Source: Mantamonas sphyraenae STR306
Lineage: Eukaryota > Protista > CRuMs
Direction: 5' to 3'
NCBI GenBank assembly: GCA_026936335.1
Contig: JAPMXV010000004.1
Location: forward strand, 62,001 to 126,000
Length of the DNA stretch: 64,000 bases
The notes below the pieces were generated by a model. It had not been told where the DNA came from, ran no database searches, and worked only from the letters and a program-made list of their open reading frames with translations. Position 1 is the first letter of the stretch. Each line of letters starts with the position of its first letter. This document shows positions 47,417 to 57,832 of this stretch, piece by piece. The position numbers were made by a program, and so were the translations under genes.

Positions 47417-47949
47417 ATAATGTGCCTCATCGTCGTACGCAGCAAAGTCATGCATGGTTGCACCCATCATGAGAAAGGCATACAGGAGAACGTATGCGTT
47501 GTCTGCGTTTGCAAAGGAGTTTGGATTCTGGGCGAGGTAGGTGTGTGCGAGGGCCTCGAGCATGTGGGAGACGGCGACGCTGGTGGTTGGCAGCTTGCAC
47601 TTTGCCAGCAGCATGGAGAGGGCATTGACCAGCGTGATTCCCTCAAAGTCAAAGAGACCCACAAATGCCTGCATGGTCTGTGGGGTCTCTTGCAACACAC
47701 GCGCCACCGAGGCGCGGTGCAGGCCATTGACCAGAAACAGGAACCGAGCAAGATCCACGGGATTCTCCGTATCCACAAACCGCTGCGTGTGGAACACATC
47801 CATGCCCACGTTTGCATCGCGGTTGAACTCACGCACAGCACGGTCCAACATTTGGTACACATGCTTCCACGTCTCTGCCGGCGGATCGGCAAACAACGAA
47901 CAGTCCGTGGCAAACACAGCCTCCTCGTCCACATGAAACTCATGAAACC

Positions 47950-47985
<36 letters not shown>

Positions 47986-48736
47986 CATGGCTGCTTTCGC
48001 TGTCGTCCCGGCTGTGTCGTCGCTGTGGGTGGCTGTGTGAGGCGTCGTTGTCGTCTGCCTGCGAACCAGTTGCTGAGCAGAACGGCCCCGCCGTGCTCTG
48101 GGCGGCCTTGGAGGCCATTTTGGCGCCAGATTCGAGAAGGTAATACTTGAGACGAGGGGTCACCTGGTCGATGGAGACGCGAGAGGAGACGCTGATGCGC
48201 ATGTTGGACAGAGGCAGCACGCCCTCGTAGCTGGCTGGCGTAAACTTGCGTCGCAGCAAAGCCAGCCACAGCGAGTCGTCGCTGCATAGAACATTCCACT
48301 CACGGCTCACCTCGCTACTGGACACCAGACTGCCTGCATCCAGATACGAAAAGATGTGCAACACACACTCGTCGGGCAACACTTGTGTGAAATCCTCCCT
48401 GTGGCCGTCGCCCTCCTCCTCCCCGGCCATGCCCATGGCTTTGTACAATTTCATGGCCTGATACCGAGCCCCATCCATACCCATGCGCATGGGAGGGCCC
48501 ACTGCGTTGGATGTGGCCCGTGCCGCCGAGAGCACGGAACTGCTCAAGCGCTCAATTCCCCAAGAGACGCCCGCCGTCCAGGTGCCCGTTTCTTCCCCCA
48601 AGGCCTCCTGTGAGCCCTCGCTCACTGCATATGCACGTGAATCGTCCTCTTCTTCCTCCTCTTCCTCTTCATTCTCCTCTAACCATTCGTCGTCGTCTTC
48701 CATGTGCCAGTCGGCAAGCGCTGAGAACGCCCACAT
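47165..48736 (-). CDS. F-box plus Sec7-like protein (FBXO8-like)
   Basis: LPDECVLHIFSYLD...VSREW..LCSDDSLW, then FNRDANVGM...LARFLF, FDFEGITLVNALSMLL and NADNAYVLLYA. Confidence 0.82.
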
Positions 48737-48983
48737 TTCGGGTGGCGATTTTGTTGGGTTCCAGTGCGCAGAGGCAACTCGGGGCCCCTATTATGCAGGG
48801 AAATGGGATGGAATTCGGGATGGGAGGGGAGTGTGTGGATGCAATGGAAGGGAAACGCGGAGGATGGAAGATGTTCAGCATGATGCCAAGCCACTGCACG
48901 CAAGAGGACATCCAATCCACACTTAGGGTCGGGATTGCTTCACAACCAAACTTTACTGTATGTACATCACTGCGAAAGACAGA

Positions 48984-49664
48984 TCAGAGGATGGTGCAGG
49001 AGCAGGCTTCGCTCTTGCGTGTGCTGCTGCTGTTGGAGGAGTCGGTGTCAAACAGTGGCTTGCGCTCCTGGATCTCCTCTTGCACCTGAGTGCGGTAGGA
49101 CACAAAACGGTCCATCATGGTGTCAAACAGGATGCCGATGTTCTCGCCGTGCTTGCTGCTGGTTTCCACGTAGTCCAAATTCAGCTTGGCTGCCATGCTC
49201 TCTGCCTCCTCGTACGACACCTCCCGCTTGGACGAGAGGTCACTCTTGCATCCCACAATGATCATCTGCGCTCCCTCGCGTGCTTCGCGTTCACACTCCT
49301 CCACCCATGTGCTCAGGTTGTTGAACGAGCGCACATCCGTCGTGTCAAAGCAGATCAGGAATGTGCTGGCACCATGGTAGTACGATCGGGTGATGGCCTT
49401 GAATCGCTCCTGTCCAGCCGTGTCCCAGATCTGAGCGCGCACCTTTCGGCCGTCATCCAGCTCCCGCTCCCGGATCTTGAAATCCACCCCGATGGTGCTG
49501 ATGTACCCCTCTGTGAAGTAATCGTCGGCGTATCGGCACATAAGGGCACTCTTGCCCACGCCAGAGTCCCCGACGATGACCACGTTTTGCAGCAGGTCGC
49601 GCGTGTTGGCCGTGCGCGGTCCCGTTGTCTTTGCATGCGAAGTGTTGCGTGACGTGTAGCTCAT
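48984..49664 (-). CDS. Rab-family small GTPase (Rab1-related, divergent)
   Basis: GDSGVGKS, STIGVDFK, IWDTAGQERF, VGCKSD, ETSSK and C-terminal CSCTIL. Confidence 0.93.
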   Translation of the reverse strand: MSYTSRNTSHAKTTGPRTANTRDLLQNVVIVGDSGVGKSALMCRYADDYFTEGYISTIGVDFKIRERELDDGRKVRAQIWDTAGQERFKAITRSYYHGASTFLICFDTTDVRSFNNLSTWVEECEREAREGAQMIIVGCKSDLSSKREVSYEEAESMAAKLNLDYVETSSKHGENIGILFDTMMDRFVSYRTQVQEEIQERKPLFDTDSSNSSSTRKSEACSCTIL

Positions 49665-50040
49665 GTTGCTGTTCTGTGTGCGGCTGATGCTGCTGTGTGT
49701 TGTGTTTCCCCAGTTGATTTGGCTGCGTCGGGGGATCTGGGCACGCTTCGCTTTTCAGGCGGCCCCCGCTGGAACTGGCCATGGGATTCTCGATCGATTC
49801 GTCCGGAATTCGCCACGGGATGCCCGCCCAATTGGCGTGGACATCCCCATCGCAAAATCGCATACTCCACAACGGTCCTAAAGAACCTGTGGAACATGCC
49901 CATGCAGTCCGTGCACATGTTGTTTGCATGCGAGGTGGTCCAACAGACAATGTGCGAGCACAACGAGTTTCATTCGCCCCTCCAACCCGCTCCTCATCGT
50001 CCCTCCCTCTCTCCGTGTCTAACGACTAAAAGGAATGTCA

Positions 50041-51981
50041 TCACTTGTTGCGCAGCCAAAAGGGAACGTCGTCGCCAGCGTCGATGAGGGCAGCCTTGGC
50101 CCTGCGTCCGCTGTTGCGGACAATCTCGCTGAGGGCGGGATGGATGTGGATGACATCGAGAAGGTCGTCAAGAAGGCCTTCCTTGCGCACAATGGGCAGC
50201 AGCTCGTGGATGAGCACACTCGCCTGCTCGCCGATGATGGTGGCACCCAGAATCTTGCGGGTGCCCTTTTCCACCAGCAGCTTGGCAAAGCCATGATCGC
50301 TCTGAAGGGCATCGCCCATGGCACTCTTGCGGTATGGATTGACACCCTTGACATAGTCCAGGCCTGCGGCAATGACCTCCTCCTCGGTCATGCCCACGCC
50401 GGCAATCTGCGGCGACGAAAACACAGCCCAGGGCATGCCTGTGTAGTTGATGGCCGGATAGTCTTCCAGCTCGTCCGTGGGCTTGTCCTGTGCAATCACA
50501 TTGTTGAACAGATACTCGCCCTCGTAGTTTGCGCTGTGGCGGAAGAGATAGTTGCCGGCCACGTCGCCAAAGGACCAGATGCCCGGCACTGTGGTGCGCA
50601 GGCACTCGTCGACCTTGATGAAGCCACCGCTGGTGGTTTCCACACCTGTCTTTTCCAGGTCCAGCGTGTCTGCGTTGGGGGTGACGCCCGTGACAACCAA
50701 CACCTGGTCCACCACCAGCTCTTGGTCCTTGCTCTCGTTGTCGTCAAACTTGACGGTAAACTTGGCCGATTCCTCGTCGTAGCTGACCGAGTGGGCGGCA
50801 AAGCCAAAGTGGGTGTTGAAGCGCTTGCTAAACACGCGCGTAAACTCCTCGCCCACCTCGTTGTCCACGTGGCGCAGATACTTGGAACGCACCATCATGT
50901 GGATGTCAACGCCCAAGGCACCAAAGTAGAACCCCAGCTCGGTGGCAATGTAGCCTGCACCAATCACCACCATGCTCTCGGGCTTCTTTGTCAGGCGCAA
51001 CGCCTCCGTGCTCGTCAGGTACGGCGTGTCTGCCAATCCCTCAATGTTGGGGATGGCAGGACGCGAACCCACAGCCAGGAAGATCTTGTCTGCCGTCAGC
51101 TTGTGTTCACCCACCTGCAGCACCTTGTGGTCGATGAATTTGGCCTCGTACGGGTAGTAGTCCAGGTTCTCCTTCTTGGCATAGTACGGCAAGATGCTCT
51201 CACTATCCGAGTCCACCGCCTCGCTCACACGCTTCACCAGTGCCTCAAAGTCCACCCGCCAGCCGTCCTGTTCCAGCTCAAAGTGCTCGTGCGCGGTGGT
51301 CATCTGCTCGGCCACTTCCGCCACGTGGATCAGCATCTTGGAAGGAATGCAGCCACGGTTCAAGCACGTGCCGCCTGCACATATGACCGACGTGTGACCA
51401 TCGTTCACGGCGGAAGGCCAACCCTGTGGCGTCAGCACCAAACCAACCGCACACTGGGTACAACCGGAGGCGAGACGAAGAGGGCTCTTTGGGTGCGCGT
51501 GCTGGCGTGCGGGTGTGTGTGTGTGTGGGTGGGTGTATGTGCATGCGAGTGTGGCAAGTTGGAGGTGTAGATAACGTGTGGGTATGCGTGGTGGGCGTTG
51601 CACGTACCAAGGCCGACCTTGTGCTCGCCAAAGACGTCGAAGCCCTGGATGGGATCGGAAAGTGTGTCAGGACAGCGTCGAAAACGGAACAGGCACTCAC
51701 AGGCACCCAGGCCGACACACAGAGCACGTACCTTTTCGATGATGGCCGCCTTTTGGCCACGGCTAGACGCTGGCGAGCTGATCTTGACGCCGCCTGCGCC
51801 ACTGCCTGTGACATGGGAGGGGGAAACGACGGGACAAAGAGAGGGCATGAGCGGAGAGATTCGCGTGCTGCACACACACACACAACCCGAGGGACAACCG
51901 ACCAATGACAATGACGTCATACTCGCGGATGCCGTCTGCGTTGGGCACAACCTGAAAGGTTTTGTCGGTGGTGCTGGACAT
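50041..51981 (-). CDS. Class I pyridine nucleotide-disulfide oxidoreductase (mycothione reductase/prokaryotic lipoamide dehydrogenase-like), multi-exon
   Basis: YDVIVIG|SGAGG, GGTCLNRGCIPSKMLIH, VIGAGYIATE and HIHPALSE. An upstream ATG at 52113 could add a mitochondrial-type leader. Confidence 0.9.
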
Positions 51982-52194
51982 GGTATGGACGCAAGGGAAG
52001 TGGGGTTGAGGTGCAGGGCAGAGCGCGGTCACCAATGGGGCAGAGGCACGATGCAGCAAGCCAAGGGAACGTGTGGATGCGCGATGGCCGTTGCCTGTGG
52101 CTCGAGAGAACATGCGTTGGAAGAGATGGGGCATGCACACACTGGCAGAGGCAACTGAAAAGGCTCACACTTCACCTTCACCCACTGTCGTTCA

Positions 52195-52863
52195 ATGTCA
52201 AGCAAGGAATTGGACGCAGTGTTCAATCTAAAGTTCACAGCCAAAATGCTGGAAAAGAGCAGCAAAAAGATGGAAAAGGATGCTCGGAAGAGCAAGGCAA
52301 AGGTGCAGAAGGAGCTGAAGGCAGGCAACAACGAGGCGGCTCGCATCCACGCAGCGGACGTCATCCGCAAGGAAAAGGACGCATTGAATCTGCTGCGCCT
52401 CAGCTCCAAGGTTTCTGCCGTTCGTATGCGTCTGGAGATGGGCATTGCCGAGAAATCGCTGGTCAAACAAATCGGCAAAACCTCGGCGCTGCTGGAACGC
52501 GGCATGCAGACGTTCAACCTGGACAACGTCGCAGCAACCGTGGATGCGTTTGAACAGAACTTGGAAGACCTGACTGTGATGGGCATGACGCTGGACGACC
52601 AACTGGCAGGCGTCACTCGCATCAGTGCTCCCGTCGACGACGATGTTGAGCTCTTGTTGGCCGATGCAGCCAAAGAGTTGAATGTGGAATGGTCCACGGC
52701 TCTCGACGAGGTTTCTGTGCCCTCGGGCCAGACCGAACAGGTCGGAGAGAGCGTCGAGGACAACCTCGAGGACAAATTCGCGCAGCTCGAGCTGATTACA
52801 GACATTCCGGGTGAAGTGCAGGGTGAAGGGGAGGCCCAAGAGGCCCAGGCTCAAGCCTTGTGA
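52195..52863 (+). CDS. CHMP1: ESCRT-III subunit CHMP1/Did2
   Basis: FNLKFTAKMLEKSSKK...GNNEAARIHAADVIRK...NLLRLSSKV.AV. Confidence 0.9.
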   Translation: MSSKELDAVFNLKFTAKMLEKSSKKMEKDARKSKAKVQKELKAGNNEAARIHAADVIRKEKDALNLLRLSSKVSAVRMRLEMGIAEKSLVKQIGKTSALLERGMQTFNLDNVAATVDAFEQNLEDLTVMGMTLDDQLAGVTRISAPVDDDVELLLADAAKELNVEWSTALDEVSVPSGQTEQVGESVEDNLEDKFAQLELITDIPGEVQGEGEAQEAQAQAL

Positions 52864-52974
52864 ATGTTCCAGTCTGAGTGTGCATTTGGCACGACAGCGT
52901 GGAGAGATTCTCCTCCCAGATCAGCCACACACACACACACACACACATGTACGTAAAACCATATCCATTTGCCA

Positions 52975-55887
52975 CTACGCATCGTCTCCCTCGCCTGCGC
53001 CCTCTCCATCCTCCCCTGTGGATGCGTCATCCCCAGCAAGCAGCCAGATTCCGCGGCCGACCATGAGCAGGGACAAGATGTGGGCGTAGGGAAGCCAGGC
53101 GAGCAGGTGGACGGGAGGTGGAGTCCAAGCCACGCGGCTGGCCAAGCGATGGTAGGCACGGTGCTGGCGAAGGGTACGCAGCCATCGGAGGATGCGTTCC
53201 ACGGTGGGCCAACCTTTGGTGCGCCTGCGCTGCCACATGGTCTGCAAGCCCTGAGAGAGGGCAAGCAGGAGCGATTGTACGGCCGACGAACCTGTGCCGT
53301 TGCGCATTTTGATGGCCATGTCCAGGACGCGTTCGGCCTGGGCAATACTGCGCAAGCCCTGCCACTGGTATTCGCCAAGCATGAGCATCACGGCCACGTT
53401 TGTGAGGGCGTCACTCACGTACAGGTTTTGGTTGCGTTCGGCCGGATGCGAACCACGGCGCAGGTGTGTGCTGTGTTGTGCGTAAGCATGCTGGAACAGC
53501 TCAAACGCCCGCGTCACATTTCGTTCCAGCTGGCCCTCCACGCCGTAGTAGTACATGTCGCCCAGGTGCACGGTTGCGTATACACTGCCCTGCAACGATG
53601 CCATCTCCAGGTATCTGTGTGCCAGCTGCCACGCGGTCAGGTTGCCGCCGTAGACCTGGGGCAAGACAGCGTCGAGTTCGGGCCCTCCACGTTCGAGCAC
53701 ATACGCCGCATTGAGCTGCGACTCACGCTGGCCCATGTCTGCACCCATGACAAACAGTTGCAACGCATGCAGGGTGTGTCCCTTGGTCCACGCCTCCAGG
53801 GCAGTGGTGGCAAGGGCACTCCACGGACCTGCGTCTGCCACCTGTTTAAACAGCATCGCCGCGTGACGACACCCTTCCATCTGCATCTGCACGTGTGACA
53901 TGGCGCCCACCTGGTTTGTTTTCAGCTTTGCCAGCAGATAGGCGGAGCGGAGGTGTCCGCGTGCGGCGTTGTCGGCGAGCAAGCGCATCGCCTGGGCCAC
54001 CTGTGGATGCCGGATGCCCATGCCTGCGTTGAGCATGACGGCAGCGTTGTAGGCGCCGTCCAAATGGCCGCGCACCGCGCTTTGGTTGAACATGTGCAGT
54101 GCAGTGCGGTAGGATTGGGTCACAGAGAGGCCGTGGTAGTACAACATGCCCAGGCCGGCATAGCCTGCGGCACTGTCGTTCTTCACCGCCCACCGGAAGT
54201 ACTTGAGTGCCTTGAGGGTACTTCGCGGCGCGCCCATGCCATGAAGGTACATAAAGCCAACCTGGGCCTGAAGGGCCGGGTCGCCGGTCTCTTTCGCCTT
54301 GCGACGGAAGAACTCGTACGCCGAGTGCGAATTGCCAGCGCCCGTCTGCAGTCGCTTCTGCATGGCCATCATTTCCTCATCCTGCCACATCTGACCTGCC
54401 TCCTCCTCGGCCTCCCTTTCCCTCTCCTCCTCGTCACCCTCGTACACTGTCCACCACCTGCCCCCGTGCCGCGGTGTCCACGCACGCCCCTGCATCATCG
54501 CTCCACCCGCACCACCACCGACACCGCCACCGCTGTCGGACGGCGCATACTCTGCACGCAGCACGCGTTGCGACGTGTGATGCAACACGTGCGGGGCAAC
54601 GTGTCGGTGCCTTGCACTCTGCGACCGGGCCTGCATGTTGTACACCTTTGTGCCCAGAATACGCCAGTAGCGTGCGGCACGTGGGCAACTGCCCGGCGTG
54701 CCTGTGTGGTGCAACACACGCATGGACAGTGCCAGGATGCCCTGGGTGTCACCATTGACGGCCGCGTAGTTCATGTACAGGTGTGACATGGCATTGCCTA
54801 CCAGCGGATCGCTTGCGTTGAGTCCATCTGTCAAATCCCCACGCTGTCCCGTGGCATACGCCAGGTGAAGCATGTACTGGGCTGCAGGGTCGCCCCAGGC
54901 TGCGGCGCGATCCAGGCGTTCCAACGCACCGGCCACGTCTCGCACCACACACGTGCCCATCCATTGCATCTGGCCCAACACACGCGTGCTCTGTCCATGT
55001 CCATCCCTGCTGAGCGCCTCCAGCGTCTGTACCGCCTCGGGTGCACACACGCTCGCCAACGGACCGCGGAACCACAGCGGAAGGCGACGCACGGCGAGCT
55101 CGTACCTCTGCTGGCTCCCTTCCCACTCCCGCCTGCCTCCCACACGCTGTGCCATGGCCTCCCGGTCCTCCTGAAGCTGCACTGTCAGCAGAACCTCTCG
55201 TTCCTGCTCCCTGTCCTTGGCACCCATGGTCTGCGGCCGCGTCAGCAGGATGGATTCTCGCGTGGGCAGCGGCCTCGCCGTGCCTCGTCGCCTACGCCGG
55301 AACATCACATTGTTGGCCATCATCTGCTCATGCAGCTGTCTCTGTTGTTGCTGTGCATGTGCATGTGCATGCTGCTGCTGTTTCTGTTGTGGTGGTGATG
55401 TCTGTTGGTGCTGTTGCGTGCGTAGCAACTGTTCTCGTGCCACCTGGCTTTCCGCCTTGCGAATGGCTTCGCGAACCTGCGCCTCCATACGTCGCAGGAA
55501 CGTAGCCTGGTCCTCATCCTCACGTCTACGCTTGCGGTTGTCCTGGTGAGTGGCTGTGCCAGCGGTTCCAGCGCCCTGGTCCGTGTGCATCACCCTGCTC
55601 CTGCTGCGAGCCTGTTCCTGATTCCCAGTCGTGGCTTGTCCGGCCTCTTGCTGCGCACGTGCCAGCGCCTCCGCCACCATTTTGGCCAGCACAGGGTCGC
55701 CAAACAAGTCGGCGGATGTGAGCACACGCACACCGTCGTCGTGGCCATCGTCATCGCTGTCGGAGCTGTCCACGGGTGCACTCAGCACCGGGACGACCGC
55801 CGCCACCACCAGCAGTAGGAGCACAGTCAATGCCAGCAGTATGCCTTGCTGCAATTGCCACCGTGGATGCCGTCGAAGGGCATGCAT
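52975..55887 (-). CDS. SEL1-repeat ER membrane protein (SEL1L/Hrd3-like)
   Basis: Signal peptide, multiple Sel1 repeats (QVGFMYLHGMG, LGMLYYHG, LGDMYYYG), ADMGQRESQLNAAYVL and a C-terminal TM helix. Confidence 0.85.
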   Translation of the reverse strand: MHALRRHPRWQLQQGILLALTVLLLLVVAAVVPVLSAPVDSSDSDDDGHDDGVRVLTSADLFGDPVLAKMVAEALARAQQEAGQATTGNQEQARSRSRVMHTDQGAGTAGTATHQDNRKRRREDEDQATFLRRMEAQVREAIRKAESQVAREQLLRTQQHQQTSPPQQKQQQHAHAHAQQQQRQLHEQMMANNVMFRRRRRGTARPLPTRESILLTRPQTMGAKDREQEREVLLTVQLQEDREAMAQRVGGRREWEGSQQRYELAVRRLPLWFRGPLASVCAPEAVQTLEALSRDGHGQSTRVLGQMQWMGTCVVRDVAGALERLDRAAAWGDPAAQYMLHLAYATGQRGDLTDGLNASDPLVGNAMSHLYMNYAAVNGDTQGILALSMRVLHHTGTPGSCPRAARYWRILGTKVYNMQARSQSARHRHVAPHVLHHTSQRVLRAEYAPSDSGGGVGGGAGGAMMQGRAWTPRHGGRWWTVYEGDEEEREREAEEEAGQMWQDEEMMAMQKRLQTGAGNSHSAYEFFRRKAKETGDPALQAQVGFMYLHGMGAPRSTLKALKYFRWAVKNDSAAGYAGLGMLYYHGLSVTQSYRTALHMFNQSAVRGHLDGAYNAAVMLNAGMGIRHPQVAQAMRLLADNAARGHLRSAYLLAKLKTNQVGAMSHVQMQMEGCRHAAMLFKQVADAGPWSALATTALEAWTKGHTLHALQLFVMGADMGQRESQLNAAYVLERGGPELDAVLPQVYGGNLTAWQLAHRYLEMASLQGSVYATVHLGDMYYYGVEGQLERNVTRAFELFQHAYAQHSTHLRRGSHPAERNQNLYVSDALTNVAVMLMLGEYQWQGLRSIAQAERVLDMAIKMRNGTGSSAVQSLLLALSQGLQTMWQRRRTKGWPTVERILRWLRTLRQHRAYHRLASRVAWTPPPVHLLAWLPYAHILSLLMVGRGIWLLAGDDASTGEDGEGAGEGDDA

Positions 55888-55975
55888 TGCTGGGATGGAG
55901 TTTGCAACAAATGCGTTCAAAAAGGCCGGGTTTTGTTGTGGGTGTGCCGCGCAGTCGCGCACAACCCAGCAAGAG

Positions 55976-57498
55976 ATGAGCAGCAGCGTGAGCGACATCA
56001 ATCTGCGGGTATTGCAACGGATGGACCCGAGTGTGGTCAAGATTATCAATCAACCTTACCACATCAGCATGTACAGTTGGAACGACGACGAAGACCAGTG
56101 GGTGACCAAGGGCAGCGCAGGCATGGAGGGCTCCCTCTTTATTGTGCAACGGTGAGTGAGCGTGCAGTGTGCCAATCCACCCACACATCCCATGGCCCCC
56201 CGATGGGCCGTTGTGGGACGCGTGTGCATGTGCCACCCACGCGCACGAGGCCCAAGAGGGCATGCGCGCACCACACGCCGCGTTTCTCTCTCGCGCGAGG
56301 CTGACACCTCACCGGGACACCATCACCCACCACCACCAGCAACACGTTCCCTCCCTTCAAGGTGATCGTCAAGAACCGTCAGTCCATGGAGGACTTTGAG
56401 CAGTGTGTGACGGAGGACATTGAAATCCAGGTGGACGACCAGTACGTGCTGATGACCGACGAGGACGACGACCTCAACGGACTCTGGTTCTACTCCAGCG
56501 AGGAGCGCGACGCCTTTGTCAAAATCCTCAACAAGCTGATCGACACCACCGCCCAGCTGGCCGCCCAGTCGGCGCAAAGCGGGGGCTCAGGCGTGTCCAT
56601 GGGCCCCTCCAACGGCGGCAACAACAACGTGGCGGGAGGCGCCGGAATGGCCAACATCAACAACGCGAGCGCTGGCACAGGCACAGACAACAGCGCACTT
56701 ATGAACCTGTTTGCCATGCAGCAGAAGCAGCAGGCGCAGTCGCAGCAGTACAGCCAGGACAGCATGGGCTCTGCAGGAAGTGGAGGAGGAGGTGGTGGTG
56801 GAATGGTCAGCGTGGCCGACCAGGAGCGAATGATGCGTGAAAAGGCAGCTGCGGCAGCGGCCAAGAGGCAGCAACTGAACGGCAACCAGGGAGGCAACAG
56901 CCAAGGAGGCAACCAGGGATCGCAGGGAACACAACAGACCATGAGCGACAAACAGAAGCTGGAGTACAAGCGAAAGCAGGAAGCGGCGCTGTTGATGGCC
57001 GACGAGTCCATTCTCACGCCCAAACAACTCGAGTACAGGCGTATCCTGGAGAAGCGACAGGCACAGGCGCAGGCAGCAAAGGCACGTGTACAGGCACAGC
57101 AGCAAGGAGGCAACGGTGGCTCAGTCACCGCCAGGAAACTGCAGATGGGCAATGGAGGCAATGACCAGCAACAGGCACAGCAGGCACAGAGGAACACACA
57201 GCAGCAGTCAGCACAATCTGCACAGACAACAACAACAACAACAACCACACAGGACAATGCGTCCACAGAAGCGCTGATCAAGCGAGTGATCTCGGGAACC
57301 ATCAGTCAGCTGGCCACCAACGAGCAGTTTATCAACTCAATCTACGTCAATCTGCTTCGCAGCGGTGCCCTGCGCTCACCCTCTGCGTCCTCCACATCCA
57401 CCACCGCTTCAGCAAACGGCAACGGCAATGGCAATGGCAACACCACGCTGGCGAGTGCCGTTCAGGACAACGTTTTGGCCAAGTTGTCCGCAAACTGA
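55976..57498 (+). CDS. DCP1: mRNA decapping activator Dcp1 (EVH1 domain), at least 2 exons
   Basis: INLRVLQRMDP, EGSLFIVQR, IVKNRQSMEDF and NGLWFYSSEE. Confidence 0.9.
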
Positions 57499-57832
57499 GC
57501 ATGCATCTCACACAACAAAAACAACCGCGGGTGGCCCATCGTTGGCCACCCAACACACTTTGGTTCACCTTTGCATGCCATGTGCACCGTCTTTTCTTGC
57601 AGCATCGTGTGCCACGCCCGTGTGTGGGTGTGGACTGGAGTGCGGCACAGTCTCCTTGGGGCCGCAAACCACACGGCATGTCCCCACACGCCGTCACACG
57701 GTCCAACGGCCCCTCTTGGCACTGGTGGGCCTGCCCAGGAAGCGGACCACGTGGCACGGCGTCGAGCAACGGAACCGGAGGGAAGGGGGCCCGGGAGCCG
57801 CCAAGCAAAAAAGGCACACCTCCTCTGCAACC

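Noticed and set aside
49817-49848. GGGATG...CATCCC hairpin upstream of the Rab gene
   Set aside because: Single short stem in GC-rich DNA with no further ncRNA evidence.
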